Shown here: piece after piece, positions 1-13,005 of the stretch | How positions within the stretch are numbered: the stretch's first letter is position 1 | How the letters are laid out: the number at the start of each line of letters is the position of its first letter | Origin: Octopus vulgaris | Taxonomy: Eukaryota | Reading direction: 5' to 3' | Assembly (NCBI GenBank): GCA_951406725.2 | Contig: OX597823.1 | Location: 85,870,001-85,934,000, forward strand | Length of the DNA stretch: 64,000 bases | The notes under the pieces: model-generated | Databases searched by the model: none | The model's input: only the letters and a program-made list of their open reading frames with translations | What the model was told of the DNA's origin: nothing | Made by a program: the position numbers and the translations under genes

Positions 1-330
1 GGGCTAACCAAAGACTTGTGAGTGGATTTGGTTGACAGAAATTGAAAAATGTCCGTCATATGTGTGTATGTGTGTATGAGTCTTTGCGTGTTGGGAGGGG
101 AGGTGTTTGTGTTTATCCCTCACACCTCAACATCTCTTGAGAAACGGGTCCTGGTGGGTTTACATTTCCATCATTCAACTAGCGGTTCGGTAGAGAGAGA
201 CCGATAGAATAAGTATCAGGCATTAAAAAAACACAAGTTAGTGGGGTCAATTCGATTGACTAAAATTTTTCAAGCTGGTGCTCCAGCATGGCCGCTGTCT
301 AATGATTTAAACAAATAAAATATAAAAGAA
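1..330 (+). mobile_element. SINE family A, cut at its 5' end by the window edge
   Basis: Matches the body and tail of the intact copy at 49474-49880 (gtgagtggatttggt...gaccgatagaataagta...ggtgctccagcatggcc). Confidence 0.8.
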
Positions 331-465
331 ACGGTAAAAAAATATTGGTTTCAAATTTTGGCACAAGCCCAGCAATTTTGTGGAAGCGTGTAACTCGATT
401 ACATCGACTCCCCTACTCAACCGGTACCTATTTTATCAGCCCCGAAAAGATAAAAGGCATTAAAA

Positions 466-504
466 TTATTATTATTATTATCATTATCATCATCATCATC
501 ATCA

Positions 505-556
<52 letters not shown>
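466..556. repeat. (TAT/CAT)n microsatellite
   Basis: Directly visible; it produces the poly-Ile and poly-Asn ORFs. Confidence 0.95.
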
Positions 557-557
<1 letters not shown>

Positions 558-667
558 TTCTGTTTGACTTTTTCCTTGCATGTGTACAAGTTGGCTCCAA
601 GTCATACCCAGAGACCTCAAGAGACAACAAGCTAGAAGTTCATGTTGGTGCTATGCCTAGGGTGTCA
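557..667 (-). mobile_element. Probable 3' end of a Dong/R4-like non-LTR retrotransposon running into (TAA)n
   Basis: Minus strand gtctcttgaggtctctgggtatgacttggagcc...aaaa ends directly in (TAA)n. Dong elements are known to target TAA repeats. Family assignment is inference. Confidence 0.45.
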
Positions 668-1239
668 TATATTTGGTTTTGCATCTCATTGGAATTTGCA
701 CTCAAAACGTAAAGACGGACGAAATGCCGCCAAGTATATTGTCCGGCGGGTTGCTGATTCTGCTAGTTCGCCGCTCTACATTAAAGAAATTATTTAAAAT
801 TTGGACAGAAGGCCAGCAATTTTGGTGGGGAGGGGCTCAGCTGGTACGTATATCATCAACCTGGAAAGATGATGGCAAAGTCAACCCTGGTTAAATATGA
901 ATTCAGAACGTAACGACGGACGAAATGCTAAGCATTTTTCTCAGCATGCTACCGATTCCGTCAGCAGTAAAGAAATATTTTAAAAAAACTGAATCCCAAT
1001 AACAAAACAATATCTGTGCCTTCAACATTCTGGCTTCAGATTTTGGCCCGTGGCGAACAATTTCAGGGGAAGGGTTATTTCGAATACAATGACTCTAGTG
1101 TTCAACCAGTACTTATGTTATCAGACTCGAAAGAATGAAGGGTAAAGTTGACTTCGGCGGAATCTGTGACCTCAACATATTGCCAGCGCCAGCTATAAGT
1201 GGAATTGGGCAGTCGCTTGACAGAACTAAATTACGTAGA

Positions 1240-1400
1240 TTGTATTCAGAACATTATTTACATTGGACAGATATTTGTACTCATCTTGTTCTTACCACAA
1301 CCTTTCGGCTGATTTACTCTCCAGCCTTCATCAGGTGTACTGGTAGATTTTTGAACCCAACCCCGGGTTCTGATTCCTAAGGTACTTTTTACTGATATTA
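1240..1400 (-). mobile_element. Penelope-like terminal module with hammerhead-like core
   Basis: Minus strand cac-CTGATGA-a-ggctg(loop)cagcc-GAAA-ggtt-gtg; abuts (TAT)n; homologous to 3457-3630. Confidence 0.65.
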
Positions 1401-1413
1401 TTATTATTATTAT

Positions 1414-1790
1414 TTCCCCTTCTTTCTCCAAATTTTCTTCCATTTCTCGCCGAGTGTTTTCCGTACACCTAGGGCAGAGAAGCTCATTCTATGCATTCCC
1501 AGATTACACCCGCAAAAATTCACGGGTAAAATATGTATATAAAAAAATTAATAAATAAATAAATTCATGAATGGATGTTGTTTTCACAGCGATAATGCTC
1601 TTCTCAGTACTTGAGTCGTTCCAGTTAACCTGATTATTATTATTATTATCATTATTACTATTATTATTATTATTACTTTTTTTTTCTTCTTTCAAATTTG
1701 CTTCCATTTCTTGCCGAGTGTCTTCCCGACTCCTAGGGCAAAGAAACTCATAGTATACATTGGTAGGCCATGAAACCAAACTCAATAGTT
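1414..1790 (-). mobile_element. Two related non-LTR 3' ends (1414-1520, 1676-1790), each ending in (TAA)n; Dong/R4-like
   Basis: Both share ccctagg...acactcggc.agaaatggaag.aaattt on the minus strand, followed by TAA repeats. Confidence 0.5.
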
Positions 1791-3052
1791 CGTTCATTTT
1801 TTTCATTTTTTTTTTGAGTTAAATTAAAATACATGAGCAGCAACAGTTCTCACATCGACAATGCTCTTCTCAATACATGTGGGCTGGACGTGTTCCTCAC
1901 TGCTCTGACAGTTCGGTGGCCGAAAGCCATAGAAACACTAATATGGGCCAGTTTAGCAACGGGGAAAAATAACTCTCAAAGACTGGAACATCTACAATAC
2001 CTCGTGAGTATTTGAAATTCTCTTCAAAGTGGGTTAAGAAATTTACAAATTTACATATCTGCAGCTTTCAAACATACATCCGATCAGCTTTAAAAACTTT
2101 AATACCCACAACTGCCTCTGTAAGCACCCTTTTTTTTCTTCTCTCTAAAAACATCACGCTTTTCTTTTTGTGGACTTGCAAAACCCTATTTTCTATGAAA
2201 ATCTGACTTTTCTTTGCTTCCTCCCAGAATATTCAAATATAAATGTAAACATATACTTTTTATTGTAAAAACACACCTGTTCTTCTAACTGGACATACAA
2301 ACATCTCTAGAAAAGTCAACTTCAACCTCCACAATATTACCTTACACGAAATATACAAACACTTTTTATTGCAATAACACAAACGCACATGGAAAAAAAA
2401 ATATGATGATGCTAAGATTCTCTCTGGTCGAACACAACTTCTCTATTCACAAACAATACAGAACAGCCCTTCCTTAATTTTTCTTAAGCCTAATAGTAGT
2501 AAACATCTGAACTTTTTTTGACTGATAGGACCCCACCTAAAAAAAAAAAAAAAAATCACTGCTGGTGATGATGATAATAATGATAGTAATAGTGCTGATA
2601 ATCTATCTATCTATCTACACACACACACTCAAAGAGTTCAACCAACACTCTATTGTTAACCAAATATGAAAGTATTATTTGACAGGCAAGAACTCTGGCG
2701 TTGAAGACAGTCAGCCAGCCAACCACCAAGCCAGCCAACGAGACAGACAGACACTACTGTGATGGTGATAATGATAAAAAAAGAAACAAAAATAACAATA
2801 ATAAGATACTGCTGTGACTACACATAAAACAATATCATTGATAATGATGGTGGTGATGGTGATGGTGATGATGATAATGATGATGGTAATGGTGGTGATA
2901 ATGATGATAGTGATAATAATGGTGATGATAATAACAATAATAAGCCGACTACGGCTGCTATAATGGTACGATTATAATTGTAACAGCAATGATGGCCGTC
3001 TCCCCACGAGCCAACCAAAGCTAAAAAATGATAACATTATCGTAGCACCAAA

Positions 3053-3375
3053 ATGTTTTTGGAAACTAAAAGGAAAACTAAATCAGTATACCAAATCGCT
3101 TGTCCTATGGTTAATCTGGAAGCGCGTCCCCCAGGGAAGAGCCAGCCTGGGATCGAAAAGTCATCAACTGGCACAAACTCTTCTCCGAATACGGACATGG
3201 ATGGTCACTTGAACGGGAAATCCCCCAACTCGAGCCCTCCAAGTTCACCACCACAACCACCAGAGAAAGAAAAATGTAAGCGGAACAAATGGACCCGAGA
3301 AGAGTATAAAGAAGTAATATACGCTTATTACTACGCATTAGGTAGGCCATCTCAAGAGAGACACACCGCAAACTC
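3053..3375 (+). pseudogene. N-terminal fragment of an R4/Dong-like non-LTR ORF, truncated by (TAT)n
   Basis: Translation KRNKWTREEYKEVIYAYYYA resembles the Myb-like RxKWT motif at the N-terminus of R4/Dong ORFs. The ORF runs on into the microsatellite. Confidence 0.5.
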
Positions 3376-3456
3376 TTACTATTATTATTATTATCATTAT
3401 TATTATTATCATTATTATTATTATTATTGTTATTATTATTATTATTATTATTATTT

Positions 3457-3630
3457 AAGTACCCAAGGAATGAGAACCCAGGGTTGGGTTCAAAATTCTA
3501 CCAGGGCACAGGATGAAGGCTGGAAAGTAAATCAGCCGAAAGGGGCTGGTAACAACAAACTAGATAAGGACACATATCCGTCCAATGTAAATAATATAAG
3601 CAATGTACAGAATTCCTCATCTCTAAAATA
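3457..3630 (+). mobile_element. Second copy of the Penelope-like module; hammerhead core mutated
   Basis: aggatga-a-ggctg...cagcc-gaaag; collinear with the reverse complement of 1240-1400; preceded by (TAT)n. Confidence 0.6.
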
Positions 3631-3804
3631 GAGAAGTGTATTGTATTAAGAAATATCTATTATAACATATTCCATACTGGACATTAAGTATGGCACCCAA
3701 TGACGATACATCCTGTGCAGAGATAACGGTTTCCGAGTATTATTAGTGAGAAGGCGTAAAAGGGCAGTCATTTACGTTTCCAAATATCTTTTAAATTCCC
3801 AAGA

Positions 3805-3950
3805 AAGTTTGTGGCTGTGTAGGAAATAGTGTACTTCCCAGCCACATGGTCCCGATTTCAGTTCCACATCGTGGTACCTTGGGTAATTGTCTTCTACTAT
3901 AGCTTCTTGCCAATCAAATCCTAGGGAGTGGAACGTAAACTAGAAGCCCG

Positions 3951-3987
<37 letters not shown>

Positions 3988-4270
3988 TAGATAGATAGAT
4001 AGATAGATATGTGTGTGTGTGTATACATCTATATGTGTGTATGTGTGTCTCTGCCTTTGTGTCTGTGTTTGTACTCTACCGCCGCTTCACGACAGATTTT
4101 GGTGTGTTTACGTCCCCGTAACTTAGCGATTCGGTCAACGAGACGATAGAATAACTTCCAGGGTTTAAAAATTAAGTAATAGGGTTCATTCATTCAACTG
4201 AAATTCCTCCAGGCGGTACCCTAGTATGGCCGCAGTCTAATAACTAGAACAAGTAGGAGACAGAGGATAA
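3805..4270 (+). mobile_element. SINE family A, diverged, with internal TA/TAGA/TG tract
   Basis: gtggctgtgtagg head, accttgggtaa central motif, ggcggtaccctagtatggccgcagtc tail. Confidence 0.8.
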
Positions 4271-4309
4271 AACGTAATAGTTAATCTATTATATCGGTAC
4301 TGACAAAAT

Positions 4310-4900
4310 CAGTTTTTCAAATTTTTGCCACAAGGGTAGCTTAGGGGGTGGGGTGGAGATGAGTCGATTACATCGGCCCCAGTGTTCACCTGGTACTTGT
4401 TTTATCGATCCCGAAAGGATGAAAGGCAAAGTCGACCTCGGCGGAATTTGAACTCAGAACGTAGCGACAGGCGAAATACCTATTTCTTTACTACCCACAA
4501 GTGGCTAAACACAGAGAGGAGAAACAAGGACAGACTCACGGATTAAGTAGATTACATCGGTCCCCAGGGCGTAACTGGTACTTATTTAATCGACCCCGAA
4601 AGGATGAAAGGCAAAGTCGACCTCGGCGGAATTTGAACTCAGAACGTAGCGACAGGCGAAATACCTATTTCTTTACTACCCACAAGTGGCTAAACACAGA
4701 GAGGAGAAACAAGGACAGACTCACGGATTAAGTCGATTACATCGACCCCCAGGGCGTAACTGGTACTTATTTAATCGACCCCGAAAGGATGAATGGCAAA
4801 GTCGACCTCGGCGGAATTTGAACTCAAAACGTAGCGGCAGACAAAATACCGCTAAGCATTTCGCCCGGCGTGCTAACGATTCTGCCAGCTCGCCGCTTTA
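4310..4900 (-). mobile_element. SINE family C with three tandem ~185-bp units
   Basis: Minus head aaggcgagctggcagaatcgttagcacgccgggcg. The unit ttctgagttcaaattccgccgaggtcgactttgcctttcatcctttcggggtcga repeats with period 185 (identical ORF starts at 4501 and 4686). Confidence 0.85.
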
Positions 4901-5399
4901 GTACTGATAAAATAATAACAAGAAACTGATACAGATTTGAACGGCAAAATATTGAACTTAAAGCATCAGAAAATATGTGCCCACTTCGTTGCCGCCCACA
5001 TGCAAAACTTCATTTTAATTTCATCCGTACTTCGAGATCCCAAGCTTTTAAAAACGACTCTATCACTCTGTCTACCAATCCAGATCGTCTAAGCGATGTG
5101 TTATCTCCTATCGCCCGAATATAGATCCCTAATCCCAGTTCACGCATCTCGGAAATCCTGGTTTCGCTAATTGTTACCAAGTGTATCTAGTGACATGAAA
5201 TCAATCATTAAGCAAAGGAACTGAAGAACCGCTCGCAGATCGCCTTTATAAATTAGTTTATTGTATATTTGTTTGAATGTATTTATATACAGAAATAAAA
5301 CTACATTTGGCCTGAATGCACAAATCAAACTCCGAGTGTGTCAGTGTAAGCAGAAATATTGTCGATACAAAAATAAGTCATTGCTAAAAGAATTGTTAA

Positions 5400-5970
5400 A
5401 AGGAATATCCAAAAACGCTTATGATATAGATAAGAGGTGTCGCGTATGGGAAATATCTGTACTACACTGAATCACGATGTCCCCAATTAGTTAGGACAAA
5501 TTATACTTGAAGCACAATAACGCAGCGAAGTCTCTTTTACATACATCTAGCTACCAATCTTTCTCTACTTCAAATGAATGCTCTCTACAACATATACGTG
5601 AATTTTCACCTGTCTTAGAAAATGACAATGAGGAAATACTATAGCATTGTAGAAGTTACACAGAGAGATATAGACCACCACAGCGCAAATAATAAACTTG
5701 ACGTCATTCCCCATGATATAAACGACAATAGCATATTAATTAACGACATAGCAAAAACCAAATGACTCTAGCGTCGCAGTGTACAGAGCTGAAAAGCTAA
5801 AGAATTGCACTGATCTAGCTGTTGAAACATTATGGCTATTAACAAACGTGTCTATTATCCTATTTGTAATGGCCGCTGCTAGAGTGATATACAGCCTTCA
5901 TCTCTGTAAGGCATTGACAAATCAAGTATGTGTCTCTTCCCATCGTCTCTCTGTTGAGTTTCCCCGCTAG
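5400..5970 (+). pseudogene. Highly degraded CR1-like ORF2 fragment
   Basis: Near 5855-5930 reads YPICNGRC*SDIQ...ALTNQVC, loosely like CR1 IPIFKGG..D..NYRPISLTS. Many stops. Confidence 0.35.
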
Positions 5971-5989
5971 ACATATGTTCTTTATATTA

Positions 5990-6380
5990 CTCTTAACTCT
6001 TTCTTTACTCTTTTACTTGTTTCAGTCATTTGACTGTGGCCACGCTGGAGCACCGCTTTTAGTCGAGCAAATCGATCCCGGGACTTATTCTTTGTAAGTC
6101 TAGTACTTACTCTATCGGTGTCTTTTGTCGAATCGTTAAGTTACGCGGACGCAAACACACCAGCATCGGTTGTCAAGCGATTTTGAGGAAACAAACACAG
6201 ACACACAAACATATACACGCACACACATATATACACATATATACGACGGGCTTCTATCAGTTTCCGTCTACCAAATCGACTCACAAGGCTTTGGTCAGCC
6301 CGAGGCTATAGCAGTAGGACTGAACGGGGAACCATGTGGTTGGTAAGCAAGCTACTTACCACACAGCCACTCCTACGTCT
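5990..6380 (-). mobile_element. SINE family A with internal deletion
   Basis: Reverse complement of the family A consensus; (CTCTTTTA)n tail on the plus strand. Confidence 0.9.
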
Positions 6381-6919
6381 ATATAAATAACCATAGTAAT
6401 AACTTATTTTTTGGAACTTCTAGAGTCTAGAACTTACTACCATCGCCTTGTTGTCCTCTGATCTATGATATTCACTCCTTTAAGACTACTGCCAACTGGC
6501 ATCTTTTGAATTTTTCGAATATCTTCTTTTCTTTATATTTTTTTCCTCTACGCTAACGTGATCTCAAGCTTTGGGATAAAAGCGTATAAAAATAGAGGCT
6601 AAACCCAAATAATTTCCAGGAAATAGTAAACTAGGAATTGCTGACATTGCAAGGATATTTTTCACAGTGCATTTGTAAAACATTGAACATTTTTTAAAAC
6701 ATATTTGTTAACCCAGAACATTTTCATTATACCTAAACATTCTTGGTAACATTTAACACTAACTATGCATGCCTATTGCTGAATATTCTTGTTCATCATG
6801 ATCATTTTCGTTAACAATGAATATTATTGTTAATTTTGAAAGCTATGTAAACTATTGCTAGTTTTCATGGATAAACTGTAATACGAAAACATTTATGTGA
6901 AAACGTATCTTTTATAATT

Positions 6920-7200
6920 CATCTTTCACTGGCTTCAGCCCAGGGCTGAGATCAAGCTGGTGCACCACCTGTTGTTACTCAGTGTTGTTTCCAGTACTGT
7001 TTTAGGTGAAGTAGCGAGATGGACGGAGCTGCTCTTCTTTGCGTCTCCGGCTGCGATGTGGGTTCATCTGGTATCTGAGACAGAAACCTGTCCAGAGGTT
7101 CCTTGAAAACTTCCATATCAACACCATGTAGATCTCAAGCGTTGCCTGGAAGGATGTTGAACAATCGCGGACCCTTGAAACCCAGACTATTGCAGTACTG
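6920..7200 (-). pseudogene. CR1-like LINE 3' end (ORF2 C-terminus plus 3' UTR)
   Basis: Minus translation QYCNSLGFKGPRLFNILPGNA*DLHGVDMEVFKEPLDRFLSQIPDEPTSQPETQRRAAPSISLL is typical of a CR1 ORF2 end; UTR ggtggtgcaccagc...cagcc-ctg-ggctg. Confidence 0.8.
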
Positions 7201-7574
7201 TATCCTTTTATTTATATTTGCATTTTCATACTTGCAACAATATAAAGTAAAATTATTTGTCCCTTATATTAAAAATTTTAACTTGTTTTAATAATAGAAA
7301 ATAAATATACTTTTATAAAAATTGAGCGCATATATATATATACGCACACAAACACATACACACATCTACACATGACAACAGACATATACAAACACACATA
7401 TTTATATGTATATATTACTACTACTACAACTACTGCTGCTGCTGCTACTACTACTACTATTATTATTATAATTATTATTATCATTATCATCATCGTTATT
7501 ATTATCATTATCATCATCATCCTTATTATTATGATTATCATCATCATCATTAATATTAATACTATTATTACTAT

Positions 7575-7604
<30 letters not shown>

Positions 7605-7606
<2 letters not shown>

Positions 7607-7798
7607 AGTCGGCGAGCTGGTAGAAACGATATCACGCCGGGTGGAAATGCTTCATTCTGAGTTTAAATTCGGTAGCGGTCTACTTTGCCTTTCATCCTTT
7701 TGAGGTCGATAAATTAAATACCAGTGAAACACTGGGGTCGATATAATTGACTAGTCTCCTCCCACCAAATTTCAGGCCTTATCCCTATTGTAGAAAGG

Positions 7799-7800
<2 letters not shown>
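7605..7800 (+). mobile_element. SINE family C, short form ending in aaaggat(TAT)n
   Basis: ggcgagctggtagaaacg head, tttgcctttcatccttttgaggtcgataa core, (TAT)n tail. Confidence 0.8.
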
Positions 7801-7857
<57 letters not shown>

Positions 7858-8387
7858 TCTTTACTCTTTTTCTCTTTTACTTGTTTCAGTCATTTGACTG
7901 TGGCCATACTGGAGCACTGTCTTTAATCGATCAAATCATCCCCAGGACTTATTCTTTGTTAGCCTAGTAGTTATTATATCGGTTCCTTTTGCCGAACCGC
8001 TAAGTTACGAAGACGTAAACACACCAGCATCGGTTGTCAAGTGATGTTGGGGGAGACCAAGCACAGACACAGAAACACACACATACACACACACATACAC
8101 ACATATATATATACATATATACGACGGGCTTCGTTCAGTTTCCGTCTACCAAATCCACTCACAAGGCTTTATTTTCCGGTTTATCTTTTATTTTTCACTT
8201 GTTTCAGTCATTAGACTGCGGCCATGCTGGGGCACCGCATTGAGGAAATTTTATTCGAATGAATCGATCTTCACACTCATCTTTGTATGCCTGTACTTAC
8301 ATCGGTCTCTTTTCCGAACCGCTTAATGTACGGGGACGTAAAAACGCCAGCACCGGTTGTCAAGCGCTGAAGACAAACACACACTCT

Positions 8388-8449
<62 letters not shown>

Positions 8450-8498
8450 CACACACAGAGTATATATGTCTCTCTCTATATATTTTCCTCGCTTTCTC

Positions 8499-8573
<75 letters not shown>

Positions 8574-8583
8574 CAAACACACA

Positions 8584-8619
<36 letters not shown>

Positions 8620-8623
<4 letters not shown>

Positions 8624-8810
8624 GGTGAATTCACAAAAAAAAACAAGAAACGAAGATAGGTGGTATGAACAACAAACAGGAGTATTAGTATAACGCTCGG
8701 AAAGTGAAGAAGTCTTTAACGTTTCGAGCCTATGCTCTTCCACAGAAAGGAGCAAAGAAATAAACAAGGAGAGGAAATAAAGAATGTGTAGTGGCTAGCG
8801 ATCTATCAAT
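8620..8810 (-). mobile_element. Penelope-like pseudo-LTR module in (TA)n
   Basis: Minus ctgtgga-a-gagc-atag-gctc-GAAACGTT; homologous to the copies at 24340, 36645 and 42570. Confidence 0.65.
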
Positions 8811-9120
8811 ATATATGAATATATATACTTTCTCTCTTTCTTATATATACATACACACACACATACACACACGCATTTATATATATGTAGTACGGGGTTC
8901 CATCAGTTTCCGTCTACCAAATCCACTCACAAGGCTGTTGTCGACCCGAGACTATTGTAGGAGACACTCGTCCAAGGTTGCACACAGTAAAACTGAACCA
9001 TAAACTACGTGGTTGGAAAGGAAACTTTTTGCATGCGCCTATTATAAATAATGATTTTTGTTTTTCATTTATTTCTGCATTTGCGCCCATATTTATCGTA
9101 TACCATTTATCTCGTCCTCA

Positions 9121-9508
9121 GTGGAGGCGCAATGGCCCAGTGGTTAGGGCAGCGGACTCGCGGTCATAGGATTGCGGTTTCGATTCCCAGATTCCCGGGC
9201 ATTGTGAGTGTTTATTGAGCGAAAACACCTAAAGCTCCACGAGGCTCCGGCAGGGGATGGTGGTGATCCCTGCTGTACTCTTTCACCACAACTTTCTCTC
9301 ACTCTTACTTCCTGCTTCTGTTGTACCAGTATTTCGAAGGGCCGGCCTTGTCACTCTCTGTGTCACGCTGAATATCCCCGAGAACTACGTTAAGGGTACA
9401 CGTGTCTGTGGAGTGCTCAGCCACTTACTCGTTAATTTCACGAGCAGGCTGTTCCGTTGATTCGGATCAACCGGAACCCTCATCGTCGTAACCGACGGAG
9501 TGCTTCCA
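9121..9508 (+). mobile_element. SINE family B, full length (~390 bp)
   Basis: tRNA-like head with A box tggcccagtggttag and B box ggtttcgattcc; near-identical to 43869 and 60268; TSD tctcgtcctca/tctcttcctca. Confidence 0.92.
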
Positions 9509-9527
9509 TCTCTTCCTCACTTATATA

Positions 9528-9745
9528 CGTCGGGGTACTTGAAGCATTCTCTGTTTTAAGGATGTCATGATAGGCCCGGTTGGAGGGCCACACTTCTGAG
9601 TTCTTTTACAACGCTTAGGAAAACTGAAGGACCGCTGCAAATACTGTTTCAATCTGAGAGGGGAATATGTTGAATAAAATCATAATTAACTGATCCACCC
9701 ATATTTTCTTTTACCTAAAGCCAGGACCTTTTCAGCACGCTCACG
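9528..9745 (+). mobile_element. mariner-derived MITE
   Basis: TA-flanked with imperfect TIRs; internal DRCKYCFNLRGEYVE* resembles a mariner transposase C-terminus; second copy at 59984-60202. Confidence 0.75.
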
Positions 9746-9761
9746 TATTCTTTCTTTTCTT

Positions 9762-10152
9762 TCTTTTACTTGTTTCAGTCATTTGACTGCGGCCATGCTG
9801 GAGCACCGCCTTTTTAATCGAGCAACTCGACCCCGAGACTTATTCTTTGTAAGCCCAGTACTTATTCTATCGGTCTCTTTTTGCCGAGCCGCTAAGTGAC
9901 GGGGATATAAACACACCAGCATCGGTTGTCGAGCGATGTTGGGGGGGACAAACACAGACATACACGCACACATACATATATATATAGAGAGAGATATATA
10001 CGACGGGCTTCATTCAGTTTCCGTCTACAAGTCCACTCACAAGGCTTTGGTCGGCCCGAGGCTATAGTAGAAGACACTTGCCCAAGGTGCCACGCAGTGG
10101 GACTGAACCCGGAACCATGTGGTTGGTAAACAAGCTACTTACCACACAGCCA
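9762..10152 (-). mobile_element. SINE family A, near full length
   Basis: Reverse complement of 49474-49880 with few differences. Confidence 0.92.
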
Positions 10153-10636
10153 TTATATGTATATCTCGTTTGCCTTTCTCTTTAGGCAAGTAAAATCAAT
10201 CGAATATGATTGCAAACAAAGTCCTTATATAACGAATATTTGCATCTATATGAACCTTTACAGTGACGTTTCATACAACACTATTAATACACACACCCGT
10301 ATTTATATATCATTACTTTGGATATAGAACAAAAGGCTAAACTACTCAGCAGATCTAGATAAAAAATTCGAAAAGAAAAGCATTAATTTCTACTGAAAAC
10401 CTGAATAAAACAATTATTACATGACTACAAAGATACACATTTTAGCATACGTTGTAGTCGAGAGAACGGAACCCTAGTGTCTGACAGGTATATCATGCTA
10501 TCGATCGTGCGAAAAGATGAAAGGCTAAATCAATTATGGTACGATTATATATATATATAATTAATATAGGATAACATTTTTTTCATCAATGGCCAGTATA
10601 TCAAAAAATGCCTTTAAAGGTAAAATTTATACATAA

Positions 10637-11148
10637 CTAACAGTATCGCCCGGCGTTGCTCGGGTCTGTAAGGGAAATAACTATATAAGCATTTTTAGAG
10701 AGTTACTTCCCTTATAGATGCCAATTCGGGCTTTCTTAGCCATTTCTGTTTTGGTGTCTCCAAGCCATGAAGTCGTTGTTCTAAAAGAACGCTGGTCTCC
10801 TTGACAACGCTTTACGACGTTGATTTCCTTACACTCCCTTCCCCACAGCTTCACGAGGGAGGGAAGAAGGGGGAGAAGGAAACAGGTGCAGGTGTGACCA
10901 TGGACGCCAACTCCGCCGCCATCGACACACGAAAAATTTTGCATTAAAATGGAATGAAAAATGATGTTAAATTATTTTTAAAATCGTAGACTCATCCTAG
11001 ACGCGCGCTAATACACAGACGGGCTCGACATAAATCACGACTATAAGATACCGAATTTGGTTAAACTGCACCGCAAAATGTGGGAGTAGTTAGGAATCTA
11101 AATCGAAGGGGACAGACACTCACACAACTACAGTTTTATATATATAGA
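10637..11148 (-). mobile_element. Non-autonomous Helitron
   Basis: Minus 5' TCTATATATATAAAA; 3' hairpin cccgagcaacgccggg then ...gTTAG (CTAG variant); inserted between A and T. Confidence 0.8.
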
Positions 11149-11364
<216 letters not shown>

Positions 11365-11514
11365 CATATATATACAAATACTGGTGTAAATGCGACTATA
11401 AATATTTCCTCACCCATTAAATCGACATAACACCATCTATATACTATCAAAAAGACAATCCGCATTAGAATTATAATCTTTAAACACAAAGACATACACA
11501 CATATACACAAACG

Positions 11515-11815
11515 TATTCGAAATGAGGAGTAGATAAAACAGGGGATAACTGATGAAGGGGTTCTACTTTATGTTGCTTGTCTCGTTTCTCTATTTGATT
11601 CTTTCGTCGTTCGAACAAAATGTACGTTTTCCATGCTTTTGTTTTTTATGTTCTCATTTTTCATGTTGTTCACGTTTTTTGACGACCTGTACCCATATAT
11701 GGATGTATATATATACATATATATGTAGATATGTACATATAAGTATGCATATATATATATATATTTATATATTATTTATATTATTATATGATCGAACGCC
11801 ACGCATCCATTCCAA
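11515..11815 (+). mobile_element. TA-associated repeat family (probably PLE-derived); relatives at 20285-20765 (-) and 35600-35715 (+)
   Basis: Shared order cgaaat.aggagtagat...c(t/c)ga(t/c)gaag...gacg.cctgta, then microsatellite, then acgccacgcatccatt. Confidence 0.55.
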
Positions 11816-11842
11816 AGTTTTATATATACATATATATATACA

Positions 11843-12178
11843 CAACGGAACAGCCTGCTCGTGAAATTAACGTGCAATTGGCTGAGAACTCCACAGACAC
11901 GTGTACCCTTAGTGTAGTTCTCGGGGAGATTCAGCGTGACAGAGTGTGAAAAGGCTGGACCTTTGAAATAGAGAGGCAAAAAAAACAACAACAAGAAAGA
12001 GTGAGAGAAAGTTGTGGTGAAAGAGTACAGCAGGTTTCACTCCCCCCCCCCCCCCACTGGCGGAATCTGGTTGAGCTTTAGGTGTTTTCGCTTCATAAAC
12101 ACTCACAACGCCCGATCTGGGAATCGAAAGCCGCGATCCTAAGACCGCGAGGAGTCCGCTGCATTAACCACTGGGCCA
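11843..12178 (-). mobile_element. SINE family B, diverged
   Basis: Reverse complement of the 9121-9508 body. Confidence 0.85.
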
Positions 12179-12422
12179 TATATATATGTGCACTCATACC
12201 TCGATACCACAGTCTAAACTTGGGAGAACACAGGTCTTATGAAGCTAATTGTTCGTAGGTATCGACACTGCTAAGGTTAGGTTAAGTTAGTAGTGACTAA
12301 TATGAACAATTACATTACGAGAGACAGAGGAATAAACACAGTATATATACATATATATATATATTTACATACATATATATATATACATACATATAGATAT
12401 ATATACATACACAAACACACAC

Positions 12423-12485
<63 letters not shown>

Positions 12486-12490
<5 letters not shown>

Positions 12491-12671
12491 ATGATAAGAG
12501 TAAATAATTTCTATAAAGGCTTTTAAAAAAACCCCAATTATTTACTGGTAGAATTCGGTATGTAAATATAGCCGATTACCGGCAGGAACTTCTGTAAAGT
12601 TCAGTATATATATTGTATATAAGAAAAAGGGTCAAGCAACCTGTTTTGCCTGTCCCTTTTTCTTATATACA

Positions 12672-12680
<9 letters not shown>
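12486..12680 (+). mobile_element. Truncated copy of the 16535-16990 element with fold-back end
   Basis: About 145 bp nearly identical to 16536-16677, then an inverted copy of about 16655-16700. Confidence 0.85.
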
Positions 12681-12702
<22 letters not shown>

Positions 12703-12946
12703 TATAGACACATAGATACATATATATTTATGTGTACATACACATACACACATATATATATATGTACATATACACAATTGTGTATATATACATACACATA
12801 CATATGTGCACATACATACACAGACATATACATATATTAATGTGAATGTGTGTGTGTGTGTACATACATATGTATATATAAATATGATGCTATATTTTAT
12901 TATATAAATTATACGTATAAATGTATGTATATATTTACCTCTGTCT

Positions 12947-13005
<59 letters not shown>

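Noticed and set aside
1830-2500. Possible degraded L1/Tx1-like coding remnant
   Set aside because: No diagnostic motif could be read in any frame.
3053-3631. 192-aa ORF as a host gene
   Set aside because: Chimera of a retroelement N-terminus, (TAT)n and a non-coding PLE module.
4390-4830. Regularly spaced repeats resembling a CRISPR array
   Set aside because: The whole 185-bp unit repeats with no unique spacers; it is a SINE multimer in eukaryotic DNA with no cas genes.
9121-9200. SINE heads (A-D) as functional tRNA genes
   Set aside because: A and B boxes are present, but the cloverleaves are incomplete and the heads are fused to SINE bodies with TSDs.
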